Assembly: GCA_965214095.1 (NCBI GenBank)
Contig: OZ243938.1
Coordinates: forward strand, 1,184,001 to 1,248,000
DNA length: 64,000 nucleotides
Source of the DNA: Candidatus Poribacteria bacterium
Lineage (GTDB): Bacteria; Poribacteria; WGA-4E; WGA-3G
Reading direction: 5' to 3'
Part shown: positions 1 through 9,814 of the stretch, piece after piece
Layout: each line of letters opens with the position of its first letter
How positions within the stretch are numbered: position 1 is the first letter of the stretch
Notes under the pieces: model-generated
The model's database searches: none
Seen by the model: only the letters and a program-made list of their open reading frames with translations
Told to the model about the DNA's origin: nothing
Translations under genes and position numbers: made by a program

Positions 1-827
1 GATTCAGCACTTGGAAACGTATCTTGTAGGATTGGTTTTTCAGCTTCTTGGTGAAATTTGACAATACCTACATCGGGTGCTAACCACACCGTTGTAATCG
101 TCTCACCTGCTCCAGGTCCTCCTCCTCCACCTATTTTCGGCATCACCGTTTCAGTTCTGTACTCTATTTTCAAACAATTCTCAAATTCTCCAGCTGCTGT
201 TTCAACGGTTTCTTTCGCTAAAATATTTCCTGTTTCCAATATTGTAAAATAAATAGTGGATCCTGATGAAGCACCTGCTAATTCTGGATCGTTTTCAGAT
301 GTTTCAAAGTTTAATGTAATCTTTATCAACGGCTTAATTCTATATGAATCCCATTCTTCATTCAAGGTTATTGGATAAGGAAGTAAATAAAAATCTTCTT
401 GGTTTTCTATTTCTATATCAAATTTAGGTTGAAATTGAGCATCAGGCGGCATATTTTCTCGTGAATTTTCAAAAGAACCTTCTAATTCTTTAGTAAGTCG
501 ATTCTTATATGCTTTCTTCACCGCATCTCCGATATGGAACTTTATACCTGTTTCGTCTACCTTTAGAAGAATTGGATGGACATGATAATCATAATTCTCC
601 CAATTTTCAAATGACGGTTCATATTCAAAAGCATGATACTTTTCACCTGCAATCTCTTCTCCATCAACTGCGCGTCGTGTCAATTCGTTACCATCCTGAT
701 CTTCGTAGACCCAAAAACTGCCAATAGTTGTAGGAAAATAATTCTCTGCTGAATCATCTCCCATCAATGTTCCACTAAGACAGAAAATAAAAAGTAACAG
801 TATTATAGCATGCATTGTTCTTAACAT
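1..827 (-). CDS. Secreted acidic protein, array paralog 5 (3'-truncated by window edge); DUF3108-like/LolA-fold-like (tentative)
   Basis: Read manually: MLRTMHAIILLLLFSVLSGTLMGDDSAENYFPTTIGSFWVYEDQDGNELTRRAV...AGEFENCLKIEYRTET...GETITTVWLAPDVGIVKFHQE; GGAG RBS upstream of ATG at 827; frame open to the window edge. Confidence 0.85.
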   Translation of the reverse strand, partial: MLRTMHAIILLLFIFCLSGTLMGDDSAENYFPTTIGSFWVYEDQDGNELTRRAVDGEEIAGEKYHAFEYEPSFENWENYDYHVHPILLKVDETGIKFHIGDAVKKAYKNRLTKELEGSFENSRENMPPDAQFQPKFDIEIENQEDFYLLPYPITLNEEWDSYRIKPLIKITLNFETSENDPELAGASSGSTIYFTILETGNILAKETVETAAGEFENCLKIEYRTETVMPKIGGGGGPGAGETITTVWLAPDVGIVKFHQEAEKPILQDTFPSAE

Positions 828-861
828 TTTATCTTACTCCAATTTGTCGAATCTGAAACGA

Positions 862-1785
862 TTATTCGCTTTTCTCACTATCAGTATCGTCTGTTTTTAT
901 TTCATATTCTTTCAATTCAAAGGTGATCGGTTCAGGATTCTCGGGTTTTGGGATACCTGCGTCTTCAGGAATTATTTCTAAAAAAATGTGTTGCCTTTCC
1001 TGATGATATTTCACTATTCCAACATTGGGTGCATACCATACTGTAGTTACAGTTTCTCCAGCAGGTTCTATATTATCGTCATCGGGATCAAACTCATTTG
1101 GAAAAAGTGATAATGTCGTTTCTGTGCGGTACTCAATCTTTAGACAATCCTCAAAAGTTCCTGCTGGTACAATTACAGTTTCTGAACCAGTAACGATTCC
1201 CGTTTCACTTATATCAAAAATAAAAGACATTGTCTCAGACCCAACAGGTATACCTGACTCGCTGACTGTCATTTTTATCTCACCTTTTTTCTCAGTTACA
1301 TCCCATTCTTCATTTTCAACAACTGTATCAGGCAGTAAGAGAAAATCGTCTTGTGCTTCAGTTATAATGTCAATGTCAATGTCAATGTCAACAGGTCCTC
1401 CTTGAGGGGCCTCTTTCATCATAGCTTCAGAAAAAGAATCTGCCTCGTATTTTAATCGTGCTTTTAATGCCTTTTCTACTTCATCACCAACAACGAGCAC
1501 TATTCCATCATCATTGACTTTATATAAAGATGGACTGAGAAAACAACTATATTCCTGCCAATTTTCTAATTCAGGTTCATAACTGAAAGCAGATAGGACT
1601 TCATCACCAATTTCTTCTCCTTCAACAGCGCGCCGTGTAAACTCGTTTTCATCCTGATCTTCGTAAATCCAATAACTGTCTAACGCATCGGGGAAATACT
1701 TGGTAGACGATTCGTCACCTAACAAGATCACACTAAAAGATAAAACAAACAGCAAAATCATTGCTGTACAAACTCTCTTGATCAT
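862..1785 (-). CDS. Secreted acidic protein, array paralog 4
   Basis: Start moved to MIKRVCTAM (GGAG RBS, signal peptide); motifs YFP..SYWIYEDQDENEFTRRAV, AGTFEDCLKIEYRTET, GETVTTVWYAPNVGIVKYH. Confidence 0.85.
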   Translation of the reverse strand: MIKRVCTAMILLFVLSFSVILLGDESSTKYFPDALDSYWIYEDQDENEFTRRAVEGEEIGDEVLSAFSYEPELENWQEYSCFLSPSLYKVNDDGIVLVVGDEVEKALKARLKYEADSFSEAMMKEAPQGGPVDIDIDIDIITEAQDDFLLLPDTVVENEEWDVTEKKGEIKMTVSESGIPVGSETMSFIFDISETGIVTGSETVIVPAGTFEDCLKIEYRTETTLSLFPNEFDPDDDNIEPAGETVTTVWYAPNVGIVKYHQERQHIFLEIIPEDAGIPKPENPEPITFELKEYEIKTDDTDSEKSE

Positions 1786-1804
1786 GGGTTTACTCCATTT
1801 TGAT

Positions 1805-2770
1805 CTATTCTTTCTCACTTTCATCTTCAACTTCTTCAGGAACAATTTCATAACTCTGTAATTCATAAGATATCACTTTAGGTGCAAGAAGGGCATCTAT
1901 ATCTGGTTGTGCCAATGATGCCTCAGAAAAATCAGAATCTGACATAGTATTTAAGAAAATCTTCTCCGATTCTTGATGAAACTTAACAATACCGATGTTA
2001 GGTGCTAACCATATTGTAGTAACAGATTCACCCGGTTGTTCCTGATTTGGATTAGGTTCAGATGCAGTCAGTTCAGTTTCCGTTTGGAATTGAATTTTCA
2101 GACAATCTTCAAATGTGCCAGCAGTTACATCTACGGTCTCTGTGCCGAGGATTATACCAGTTTCTTGAATATCAACATCTAATGTAATTGTTGGGATCTC
2201 AGGAGCACCTTGAAAGTCCGGTAACCCTTGGATATCCATCGTAAAAGATATAGTAGCATTGACATTGAATGAATCCCACTCCTCATTAGGTGTCACGTCC
2301 AATGGAAGTAAAAAACTATTTTCCTCAGCTTCTGCTTCCACATCATAGATGAGGCTAATTGTAATATTCAGTTCAGGTGGTGCAGTGGTGGCAAAAACAT
2401 TCTGGGCAAGTTCAGAAATAATGTCCATCTCTTTACCGAGACGGGCTTTTATTGCATTTTCTACTTCTTCTCCAACAAGACATGAGACCCACTCATCACC
2501 AACATGGAACAGGTATGGCGCAAAATGTCTCTCAAAATCAATCCAATCTTCCAATTCAGGATCATAACTGAATCCGTTATATGTTACACCAGATATCTCT
2601 TCACCATCCACGACTTGCCGAGTTAATTCATTTCCGTTCTGATCTTCATATACCCAATAACTTCCAAGTGTACTTGGAAAATATAATTTTGCAGTTTCAT
2701 TACCCTTTAGTGTAGCACTTAGAAGTAAGACAAGTAGAATTGAAAAAATAAAACTAATTCGCTTTAACAT
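1805..2770 (-). CDS. Secreted acidic protein, array paralog 3
   Basis: Signal peptide; same three conserved motif blocks. Confidence 0.85.
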   Translation of the reverse strand: MLKRISFIFSILLVLLLSATLKGNETAKLYFPSTLGSYWVYEDQNGNELTRQVVDGEEISGVTYNGFSYDPELEDWIDFERHFAPYLFHVGDEWVSCLVGEEVENAIKARLGKEMDIISELAQNVFATTAPPELNITISLIYDVEAEAEENSFLLPLDVTPNEEWDSFNVNATISFTMDIQGLPDFQGAPEIPTITLDVDIQETGIILGTETVDVTAGTFEDCLKIQFQTETELTASEPNPNQEQPGESVTTIWLAPNIGIVKFHQESEKIFLNTMSDSDFSEASLAQPDIDALLAPKVISYELQSYEIVPEEVEDESEKE

Positions 2771-2803
2771 GTGAATTTTCCTTTATCATCTGTGCGAAAA
2801 CAA

Positions 2804-4561
2804 TTAATTCTTGTTATCTTTATTTACATCAACAGTTTTGATTTCATATTCTTTTAATTCAAGTGTTTCTTCTTCAAATGAGTTGAACATTTCAATATCT
2901 GCTTCTGTTATATCTTGTTCATTTTCTGCACTCTTAGATAGAGCCTTCAGCAGTATATTTTCACTTTTTTTATGGAATTTAACAATACCAATATGAGGAG
3001 CAATCCATAGCGTCGAAATCGTTTCTCCAGGTGTACCTATGTTCTCTGACTGCCATCTGTCAGAAACATTCATTGTCGTTTCGGTACGAAATTCAACCTT
3101 TAAACAGTCATTAAACTTTCCTGCTGTAGTTTCAATAGATTCTCTACCAACAATTTTACCTGTTTCAATGATAGTAATGTCCCATATATTTCTACTAAGT
3201 GGTCGGTTGATCGGTCTATTTTGTGTGTTCGTACTAAAATATTGTATATCAATCTTTGCTTCAAATTTCGTGACATCCCATTCTTCATTTGTTTGAATAA
3301 TGTCTGGCAAAAATTGTAATGATTCTTCTGACTTGACATCTACTTCATATTTTAATTCAAAACCTCTTTGCTCTTGGGTTGTAGTGTCATTTTTCATCGA
3401 TTCTTGTAATCTGTTTGTAATTCCTTCAATTACATCTAATTCTTTTTTCAGCCGTGCTTTAAGTCCTTTTGCCGCCGAATCACCTACATGCAATACTATT
3501 CCATCATCCGCAACTTCATACAATTCTGGATTCATATAGACATTGTACTCTTCCCAATTTTCTATTGCAGGTTTATAATTGAATGCCTTCAACCGCTTTT
3601 CTGGTATCACTTCATTCTCCAAAGCGCGACGAGTCAATTCATTTCCATCTTGGTCTACATAAACCCAATAACTGCCGGGACTAACAGGAAAGTAGTTGGT
3701 ATTAGCCTCTGTTTCAGTTAACTTGATTTCATATTTCTTGAGTTCAAGGGTGTTTTCAGTTGTTGTGAATGGAATTTCATCAATCGGAGCTGTCTTGAGG
3801 AACATATCTTCCATTTCTCTGTGACACTTTACAATACCAACATTCGGAGCTAACCACAAAGTTGTCACCGTTTCTCCAGGCGGATTACCATCTCTTTCGA
3901 ATGCCATACTCATTTCTGTTTCGGTCCTGAATTCTATTTTTATACATTCTTCAAACGTTCCTGCTGGTGTCTCAACTGTTTCTCTATCTACCACCGTCCC
4001 CGATTCAATCACAGAAAAATTAATGTCCATCCGTTCAATATTATTATCCGAATGGTCATTTACACTTATTTGAAGTGTAGTTTTGAGTTTGCTCGTATCC
4101 CATTCTTCGTTCAATGAAATTGGTAGTGGAAGAAAAAGGTATTGTTCAGAAGAATCAGTGATTACTTCATAACTAATTTCTGCATCGTCGGGAGGCTCCA
4201 TAAGAATAAGTGTCTCAATTTCTCTTGTTAATCGTGCCTTGATAAGCTCTGCTATTTCATTACTATTGTAGAATGTGATACCATCGTCATCTACATAAAA
4301 ACGGTTAGGTTGCAAATGTGGTATATAGTCAAACCATTCTTCTATTGCAGGTTCATAACTGATTGCATGAAAGGTTTGGACAGGTATTACTTCATCTTCA
4401 ACAGATTCTCGGGATATTTCGTTACCATCTTGGTCTTCGTAAACCCAATAACTTCCGACATCACTCGGAAAATATACACTTGAGGATTCATTTCCAAATA
4501 TTGTAATACAAAAACACAGCAATAGTATTGATACGAAAGTCAGACATAGTTTATTCAACAT
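2804..4561 (-). CDS. Secreted acidic protein, array paralog 2, with two tandem copies of the domain
   Basis: Signal peptide; the YFP..GSYWVY.DQDGNE and W.AP..GIVK motifs each occur twice. Confidence 0.85.
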   Translation of the reverse strand: MLNKLCLTFVSILLLCFCITIFGNESSSVYFPSDVGSYWVYEDQDGNEISRESVEDEVIPVQTFHAISYEPAIEEWFDYIPHLQPNRFYVDDDGITFYNSNEIAELIKARLTREIETLILMEPPDDAEISYEVITDSSEQYLFLPLPISLNEEWDTSKLKTTLQISVNDHSDNNIERMDINFSVIESGTVVDRETVETPAGTFEECIKIEFRTETEMSMAFERDGNPPGETVTTLWLAPNVGIVKCHREMEDMFLKTAPIDEIPFTTTENTLELKKYEIKLTETEANTNYFPVSPGSYWVYVDQDGNELTRRALENEVIPEKRLKAFNYKPAIENWEEYNVYMNPELYEVADDGIVLHVGDSAAKGLKARLKKELDVIEGITNRLQESMKNDTTTQEQRGFELKYEVDVKSEESLQFLPDIIQTNEEWDVTKFEAKIDIQYFSTNTQNRPINRPLSRNIWDITIIETGKIVGRESIETTAGKFNDCLKVEFRTETTMNVSDRWQSENIGTPGETISTLWIAPHIGIVKFHKKSENILLKALSKSAENEQDITEADIEMFNSFEEETLELKEYEIKTVDVNKDNKN

Positions 4562-4609
4562 GTTGCATTTCCTTTTTATCTCCCCTCAATTACTGGACTA
4601 ACAAAAACA

Positions 4610-4693
4610 ATAGTAAATTCTAAAATTAACAATACACGCTACATTAAGAAAAAACGCGCTTGTAGTCGCGGAATTCATTACGCCTCTTACATT
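4610..4693. repeat. REP-like element, family E (GTAGTCGCG-GAATTCATT-ACGC); second copy at ~52121-52204
   Basis: ~85-bp similarity between the two intergenic sites, including the flank AAATTAACAATACAC and the tail GCCTCTTACATTA. Confidence 0.75.
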
Positions 4694-5585
4694 ACTCGGT
4701 TACTCCGATTTCCGGTGAGTCTGTTTTTATCTCATAACTTTTCAATTCAAAATTGGTAACTTCATCAGAATTCTCACCGTTGCTCATGTATTTTACAATA
4801 CCAATATTTGGAGCTAACCATAGTGTGGAAACTGATTCTTGTAGCTGCTGAGTCGGTATTAACTGCTTTATTTGTGGTGGAAGAGTCGTATCTGTAGATG
4901 TCAATGTCCTGTATTCAATTTTTAAACAATCATCAAACTTTCCTGCTTCAGTCTCAACTGTTTCTTTCCCTACTACTTTGCCTCTCTCTTCAAAACTGGT
5001 CGTAGATACAATGGATTTAAGTTCTTCTGGAGGATCAACTGCCGCACCATTTATATCCATATACATATTTACCTTTACTTCTAATTCCATGGCAATCCAT
5101 TCTTCATTATAGGTAATCGGTATGGGAAAAAGATAGAAATAATCTTGGGCAGTAGGATCAACTGTGTAGTCAAATTCAATCGTAACATCAGGAGGGAGTT
5201 GTTCGGCGATCAGAAGACGCATAGATGCAATCGTTTCATCAAGTTTCTTGCTGAGGATAGATTTGGTTGTAGTTTCTATATCATCGCCAACATATAATGC
5301 GACCCACTTCTCTCCAATATTATATAGAAATGGATGCATCAGATACTGATATTTTTCCAGATCCTCAATTTCTGGTTGATATGAAAATGCATGATAAGTC
5401 ATACCTTCTATATTCTTATCTTCAACAGCAGATCGGGTTAATTCGTTACCATCTTGATCAACATACACCCAAGTGCTACCAACTGTATTAGGAAAATATA
5501 GTTCTGCCGACTCCTTACCTATTGACGAAACGCTTAGACCGAAAATGAGTAATAGTGTAAATAATGACCGAGAAACTCTAAACAA
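4692..5585 (-). CDS. Secreted acidic protein, array paralog 1 (first gene of the array)
   Basis: TTG start with AGGAGG RBS; signal peptide; same motifs. Confidence 0.85.
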   Translation of the reverse strand: MFRVSRSLFTLLLIFGLSVSSIGKESAELYFPNTVGSTWVYVDQDGNELTRSAVEDKNIEGMTYHAFSYQPEIEDLEKYQYLMHPFLYNIGEKWVALYVGDDIETTTKSILSKKLDETIASMRLLIAEQLPPDVTIEFDYTVDPTAQDYFYLFPIPITYNEEWIAMELEVKVNMYMDINGAAVDPPEELKSIVSTTSFEERGKVVGKETVETEAGKFDDCLKIEYRTLTSTDTTLPPQIKQLIPTQQLQESVSTLWLAPNIGIVKYMSNGENSDEVTNFELKSYEIKTDSPEIGVTE

Positions 5586-5658
5586 TTATTATTCCTCCTG
5601 AAAATTAACATCACCTATTTAGTATACACGAAGATACTGCCTATATCAAGGAAATTAA

Positions 5659-5811
5659 TGGAATGTAAAATCTTTAGCACTAACTTCCTACCATCCATTG
5701 TAGTGTGAGGTCTCTGTGTCCCGTAGTTGTTGATAGATTGAATGATGGTGGGGCACGGAGACCCTGTACGACAATGAGTAATGTGATATTTTGCCAAAAA
5801 CTTTACACATT
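5659..5811. repeat. Degenerate palindromic REPIN/MITE-like element, family C
   Basis: Inverted arms containing GTGGGGCACGGAGAC and GCCAAAAACTTTACACA; similar to 7041-7107. Confidence 0.65.
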
Positions 5812-5835
5812 CAGCATCACGCCACAAAACCAATA

Positions 5836-6597
5836 TCACTCCAAAACCTTCCTACGACTTGGAGAATCAATAAACAACGAATCCCCTCCATCAATCGTCA
5901 ACTCCAACCCTGTCACCCACGCAGCCTCATCCGAACAGAGCCACAACGCGCCATACGCCACATCAATCGGATTACCAAGACGTTCTAACTGAGGCTCAAC
6001 CGGGGCGATTTCTCCATCCGGCAAAGGATCCCAGATGATCCCAGGACATAACGCATGGACACGGATATTTTTATCGTACAGTTCTTTCGCAAGGTTTTTC
6101 GCAGTTGCTACCATCCCCGCCTTCGCAGCAGCATAAGCAACGTTAGCATCCTGACGAACACGCGCACCCGCCGAAATCGTGACAATACAACCGCCACCCC
6201 GTTTCTCCAATATCGGCACAAGTAGACGAACAGGATTGAAGAGCGTCCGCAAATTATTTTGCAACGCGCCATCCCAATACTCTGGATCCATTGTAGTGAT
6301 ATCGTGTTCCGTTGAGAAAAAACCACCTGCTGCATGGATAAAACAGTCAACACCACCATATTCCGAAACTACAGCATCAATAAGGGTGTCTACTTGATCA
6401 GAATCAGTCAAATCACTCTGATACATATACACATCACCACCGTTATCACGGATACGTCCTGCGGTTTCTTCCATCTTTTCTGTCGTGCGTGCAGCAAGGG
6501 CAATCTTGGCACCTTCTTGTGCAAATAGCAGTGCCGTTGCCCGACTCATATTTGAACCGGCACCACCGATCAATACAACCTTATCTTTCAATCGCAT
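5836..6597 (-). CDS. Short-chain dehydrogenase/reductase (SDR)
   Basis: N-terminal Rossmann segment, YAAAK catalytic motif, C-terminal TG..L.IDGG. Confidence 0.9.
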   Translation of the reverse strand: MRLKDKVVLIGGAGSNMSRATALLFAQEGAKIALAARTTEKMEETAGRIRDNGGDVYMYQSDLTDSDQVDTLIDAVVSEYGGVDCFIHAAGGFFSTEHDITTMDPEYWDGALQNNLRTLFNPVRLLVPILEKRGGGCIVTISAGARVRQDANVAYAAAKAGMVATAKNLAKELYDKNIRVHALCPGIIWDPLPDGEIAPVEPQLERLGNPIDVAYGALWLCSDEAAWVTGLELTIDGGDSLFIDSPSRRKVLE

Positions 6598-6750
6598 TTT
6601 TATTTTCCTTTTTTATTATCACAATGTTCTCGGGGTAAACCAACTGGAGAGTGTAAAACAACAAGGACACAGAAGATCTCCCTTCCATTCCTCCATAGAA
6701 CAGAAATATACCACATTTTGAACAAAATGTCAAAGTCATGCAATAATTAG

Positions 6751-7107
6751 GGGTGTGTAAAGTTTTTGGCAAAATGGACACAGACATCCTGTAGGAGGGA
6801 TCTCCGAATCGCGAACTGTCGGGAATCGGATGCCCGCCTGCAAGTAGGCATTGGTCAGAAAACAGCAATTATTCAACGATTGAATACCTCTGCGTATGTC
6901 ATGAATGTTTGCATTAATTGCATTAATTTCTATTATATTTTGGATTTATTTATGAAAAAACCTTCGCGAAAAAATAGAGTTAGATTCAGTCATAATAAGA
7001 GATTATCAATGAGCTGGGTGTACTTCTGAGACTGAAAGAATGTGGGGCACGGAGACTCCGCAAGACAATGGTTGGTGAGAACTTAGTGCCAAAAACTTTA
7101 CACACCC
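6751..7107. mobile_element. MITE-like element bounded by a 21-bp perfect inverted repeat, containing REP-like hairpins
   Basis: GGGTGTGTAAAGTTTTTGGCA at 6751-6771 and its reverse complement at 7087-7107; no credible ORF inside. Confidence 0.6.
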
Positions 7108-7125
7108 AATAATTAGCAGGGTTAT

Positions 7126-7256
7126 TTAGTTTTCGGTAATTCTGATAGATTTGTTCACATATTAATATAAAGCAATGCATAGTAGTAGGCACACTCGGTG
7201 TACCGTATACCTTAGCGCACAAGATAGACGGCACACTTCGTGTGCCTACTACTATG
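7126..7256. repeat. REP doublet (REPIN-like), family B (GTAGTAGGCACAC..GTGTGCC)
   Basis: Inverted pair CATAGTAGTAGGCACAC ... GTGTGCCTACTACTATG; the ~50-bp left flank is shared with the copy at 29966-30133. Confidence 0.8.
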
Positions 7257-7273
7257 AACATTTTTATTTTTTG

Positions 7274-7303
7274 TTGCCATTTACTACCATGTAACGTTAT
7301 AAT
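7274..7303 (+). promoter_or_regulatory. Putative sigma70 promoter for the slt-like gene
   Basis: TTGCCA-N18-TATAAT. Confidence 0.45.
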
Positions 7304-7426
7304 TACTATTTTAGTGTAATAAAATAAAACTTTATAGCGTTAAAATGATACAGATTACAATAATTGGAATTTGAAGTAAGTTCATTTTAGGAGGAAAGAA
7401 GCGGAGGAAAACCGTTTTTTAGATAG

Positions 7427-9673
7427 ATGTACTCAATTGTCAAGAAACATAACACAAACTATCTACAATATCTGCTTGGCTCATTAGTACTTGCAATTAT
7501 TTGCTTAAGTGTTAGTGTTCCGATTTCTGCAGAAGAAGATTATAATCCAATTCGCGATGCTGCTTTTACCTTGGTAGATAGAGGTGACTACAAACGAGCA
7601 GTACCAAAATTAGAAAGTCTTTTACAAACTGATTTAACAAAGTTAGGAAAACTTGAGATATATCATGCACTCGGTTACTACTATGAAAAATTGAAAAACC
7701 GTCCGAAAGCTGTTGGATACTATGTAAGAGTCGTTACAAACGATTATCCACTTGCTGACAGTGCATCCTATCGCTTGGCAAAGTTGTATGTAGGTATGAG
7801 GAACAATACCAAAGCAATAAAATGGTATACTCAACTTATAAAAGACTACCCAGAGAGTATATATATCAATGATGCAAAATGGAACCTAGCTGAACTTCAT
7901 CTGAAATATAGACAATATAAGGAAGCAAAGTCTGTATTAGTAGATATAACCGATAATCCTACTTTTGCTCGTGAGGCAAGTTACGCATTAGGTCGGTGTG
8001 AAGAAGGTTTAGGTAATTATGCTGAAGCATTTAAAATACATCAACAACTCATCAATGAAAAACAGTCAGATTCTATCGCTGATGACGCTGTAGGCAAGTT
8101 GAAGATGCTTGCCCGTTCACGCAGTTCACTAAAACTGACTATACAAGATAGATTTAATTGCGGTTTAGTTGAATATCACCAAAGAAACTATAGAACTGCT
8201 GTAAATGAGTTTACACAACTCGCAAATAGCACTGATTTGAAACAGAAAGGTCGTGCACTTTACCATCTCGGAATGAGCAATCAGGGAAGAAAGTGGTATA
8301 ATACTGCAGTCAAAAACTATAACGCCGTCGTCGCACTCGGGTCCAAATCAGACCATTTAACGCGGGCACATTACCAAATCGCTCAAGTGTATAGGATTAA
8401 AGGAAGTCTAACAACTGCTGTAGAACGACTTGAAAGTTTTGTAAAGACATATCCATGGAGTGAATTGGTAGATAACGCTCTTTACGATATCGCGTCAATT
8501 CATCAACAAAGAGAAAAATCAGAGTTGATGCTAAAAGCGTTTTCAAGGCTAATTGAAGTTGAACCCAGTAGTGAATATGCCGATTGGGCAGCATGGCGTA
8601 TTGGGTGGCAAAGATTTGACGAAAAAAAATACGAAGAAAGTTACAAGGCGTTTGAAGGACTAAAGAGAAACTTCCCTGGCAATCGATACGCAATGGGCGC
8701 ACATTTTTGGATGGCGAAAATACGGGAACGACAGAATAAACCTGAACTCGCAAAACAGATATATCAAGAAGTCGCCAAAGCACGATATTGGTACTACAGT
8801 GCAAGGGCAAAGGCTATCTTGAATATCACAAAATCTGAATTAGAAACGAAAGCCATACCCGATGCAGAATTGCCTGAAGAAAAAAGATGTCCGGAACAAC
8901 TTGACACGTTGGTGAAACTCAGACTTTACGAAGATACCGTGTATTTATTATCACGTTTTATTCAGCAAACACCAGATGCGGCACAAGAATGCTACTATGC
9001 ATTGATCAAGTCTTATGAGAAAATGTCTTTGTATGATAAGGCACGTGAAATTGCAGATATGGCACTGCTCAGTCCATCGTTCAAATTTCAAGCAAGTGAT
9101 GAACTATCAAGATTCCGTAAGAAACTCTATCCTTTACATTATGAAACATCGGTTGAGAAGTATGCAAAAGCCTATAATGTTGACAAGGCTCTAATCTATG
9201 CTATGATCTTAGAAGAAAGCAGATATCGGGCGGATGCAATCAGTTGGGCAGGTGCAATTGGGTTGATGCAGATTATGCCGGCAACCGGCAGAGAGATCGC
9301 ACAGAAACTTAAAATTAGCCGATTCCGCTCATCTATGCTGAAAATACCTGATATAAACATTCGTTTGGGAACTAAATATATCGGTGAACTCAACGATATG
9401 TTTGATGGAAATGCAATGTTGGTTTCTGGGGCTTACAACGGTGGCCCCGGTAGAATGAAGCGATGGCTGCAAACAAAGAATATCAAAGACCTTGATGAAT
9501 TCGTTGAGAAGATTACCATTAGAGAAACTCGTCTTCACATCAAAAAAGTCATCAATAGTTATGACAATTACGTTGAGATCTACGGTCAACCCGATGTTCC
9601 AGCTGTCAATTCTGCTTTTGACTTAAACAGTAAGAAAAAGGACACTCCTATTCTTGGGCAACTCAACCAATAG
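7427..9673 (+). CDS. slt: Soluble lytic transglycosylase with TPR repeats (Slt70-like)
   Basis: Signal peptide, TPR-like helices, SLT motifs EESRY, GAIGLMQIMPATG, AYNGGPG, ETRLHIKKV. Confidence 0.88.
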   Translation: MYSIVKKHNTNYLQYLLGSLVLAIICLSVSVPISAEEDYNPIRDAAFTLVDRGDYKRAVPKLESLLQTDLTKLGKLEIYHALGYYYEKLKNRPKAVGYYVRVVTNDYPLADSASYRLAKLYVGMRNNTKAIKWYTQLIKDYPESIYINDAKWNLAELHLKYRQYKEAKSVLVDITDNPTFAREASYALGRCEEGLGNYAEAFKIHQQLINEKQSDSIADDAVGKLKMLARSRSSLKLTIQDRFNCGLVEYHQRNYRTAVNEFTQLANSTDLKQKGRALYHLGMSNQGRKWYNTAVKNYNAVVALGSKSDHLTRAHYQIAQVYRIKGSLTTAVERLESFVKTYPWSELVDNALYDIASIHQQREKSELMLKAFSRLIEVEPSSEYADWAAWRIGWQRFDEKKYEESYKAFEGLKRNFPGNRYAMGAHFWMAKIRERQNKPELAKQIYQEVAKARYWYYSARAKAILNITKSELETKAIPDAELPEEKRCPEQLDTLVKLRLYEDTVYLLSRFIQQTPDAAQECYYALIKSYEKMSLYDKAREIADMALLSPSFKFQASDELSRFRKKLYPLHYETSVEKYAKAYNVDKALIYAMILEESRYRADAISWAGAIGLMQIMPATGREIAQKLKISRFRSSMLKIPDINIRLGTKYIGELNDMFDGNAMLVSGAYNGGPGRMKRWLQTKNIKDLDEFVEKITIRETRLHIKKVINSYDNYVEIYGQPDVPAVNSAFDLNSKKKDTPILGQLNQ

Positions 9674-9716
9674 AATAGATTAGCATTTACAGCTCAACAA
9701 TTATTTACACACTACG

Positions 9717-9786
9717 GTAGGTTCGGTTTCCTAACCGAACCGGTGTTTGTTCAGTCTCATAGATGCGGTTAGGAAACCGCATCTAC
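9717..9786. repeat. REP doublet, family A (GTAGGTTCGGTTTCCTAACCGAACC plus inverted GTAGATGCGGTTTCCTAACCGCATCT); IS-free counterpart of the IS4 target
   Basis: Two GTAG-tagged hairpins in inverted orientation between convergent genes. Confidence 0.85.
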
Positions 9787-9814
9787 CGAGGAGTGGCACA
9801 TGTTTTTACATTCA

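Noticed and set aside
1366-1390. (AATGTC)4 hexamer repeat encoding DIDIDID
   Set aside because: In-frame, short and in a variable loop; not evidence of phase variation
1-5585. Diversity-generating retroelement or cassette-switching explanation for the paralog array
   Set aside because: No reverse transcriptase or recombinase, and no near-identical template/variable pair with adenine-specific differences; the paralogs are anciently diverged
5615-7261. Short ORFs 5615-5839, 6581-6868, 6766-7029 and 6986-7261
   Set aside because: They run through REP/MITE palindromes and lack RBS or protein-like features
9794-9810. Sigma-54 promoter-like TGGCAC
   Set aside because: The -12 TTGC element is missing, and the site lies in a repeat between convergent gene ends
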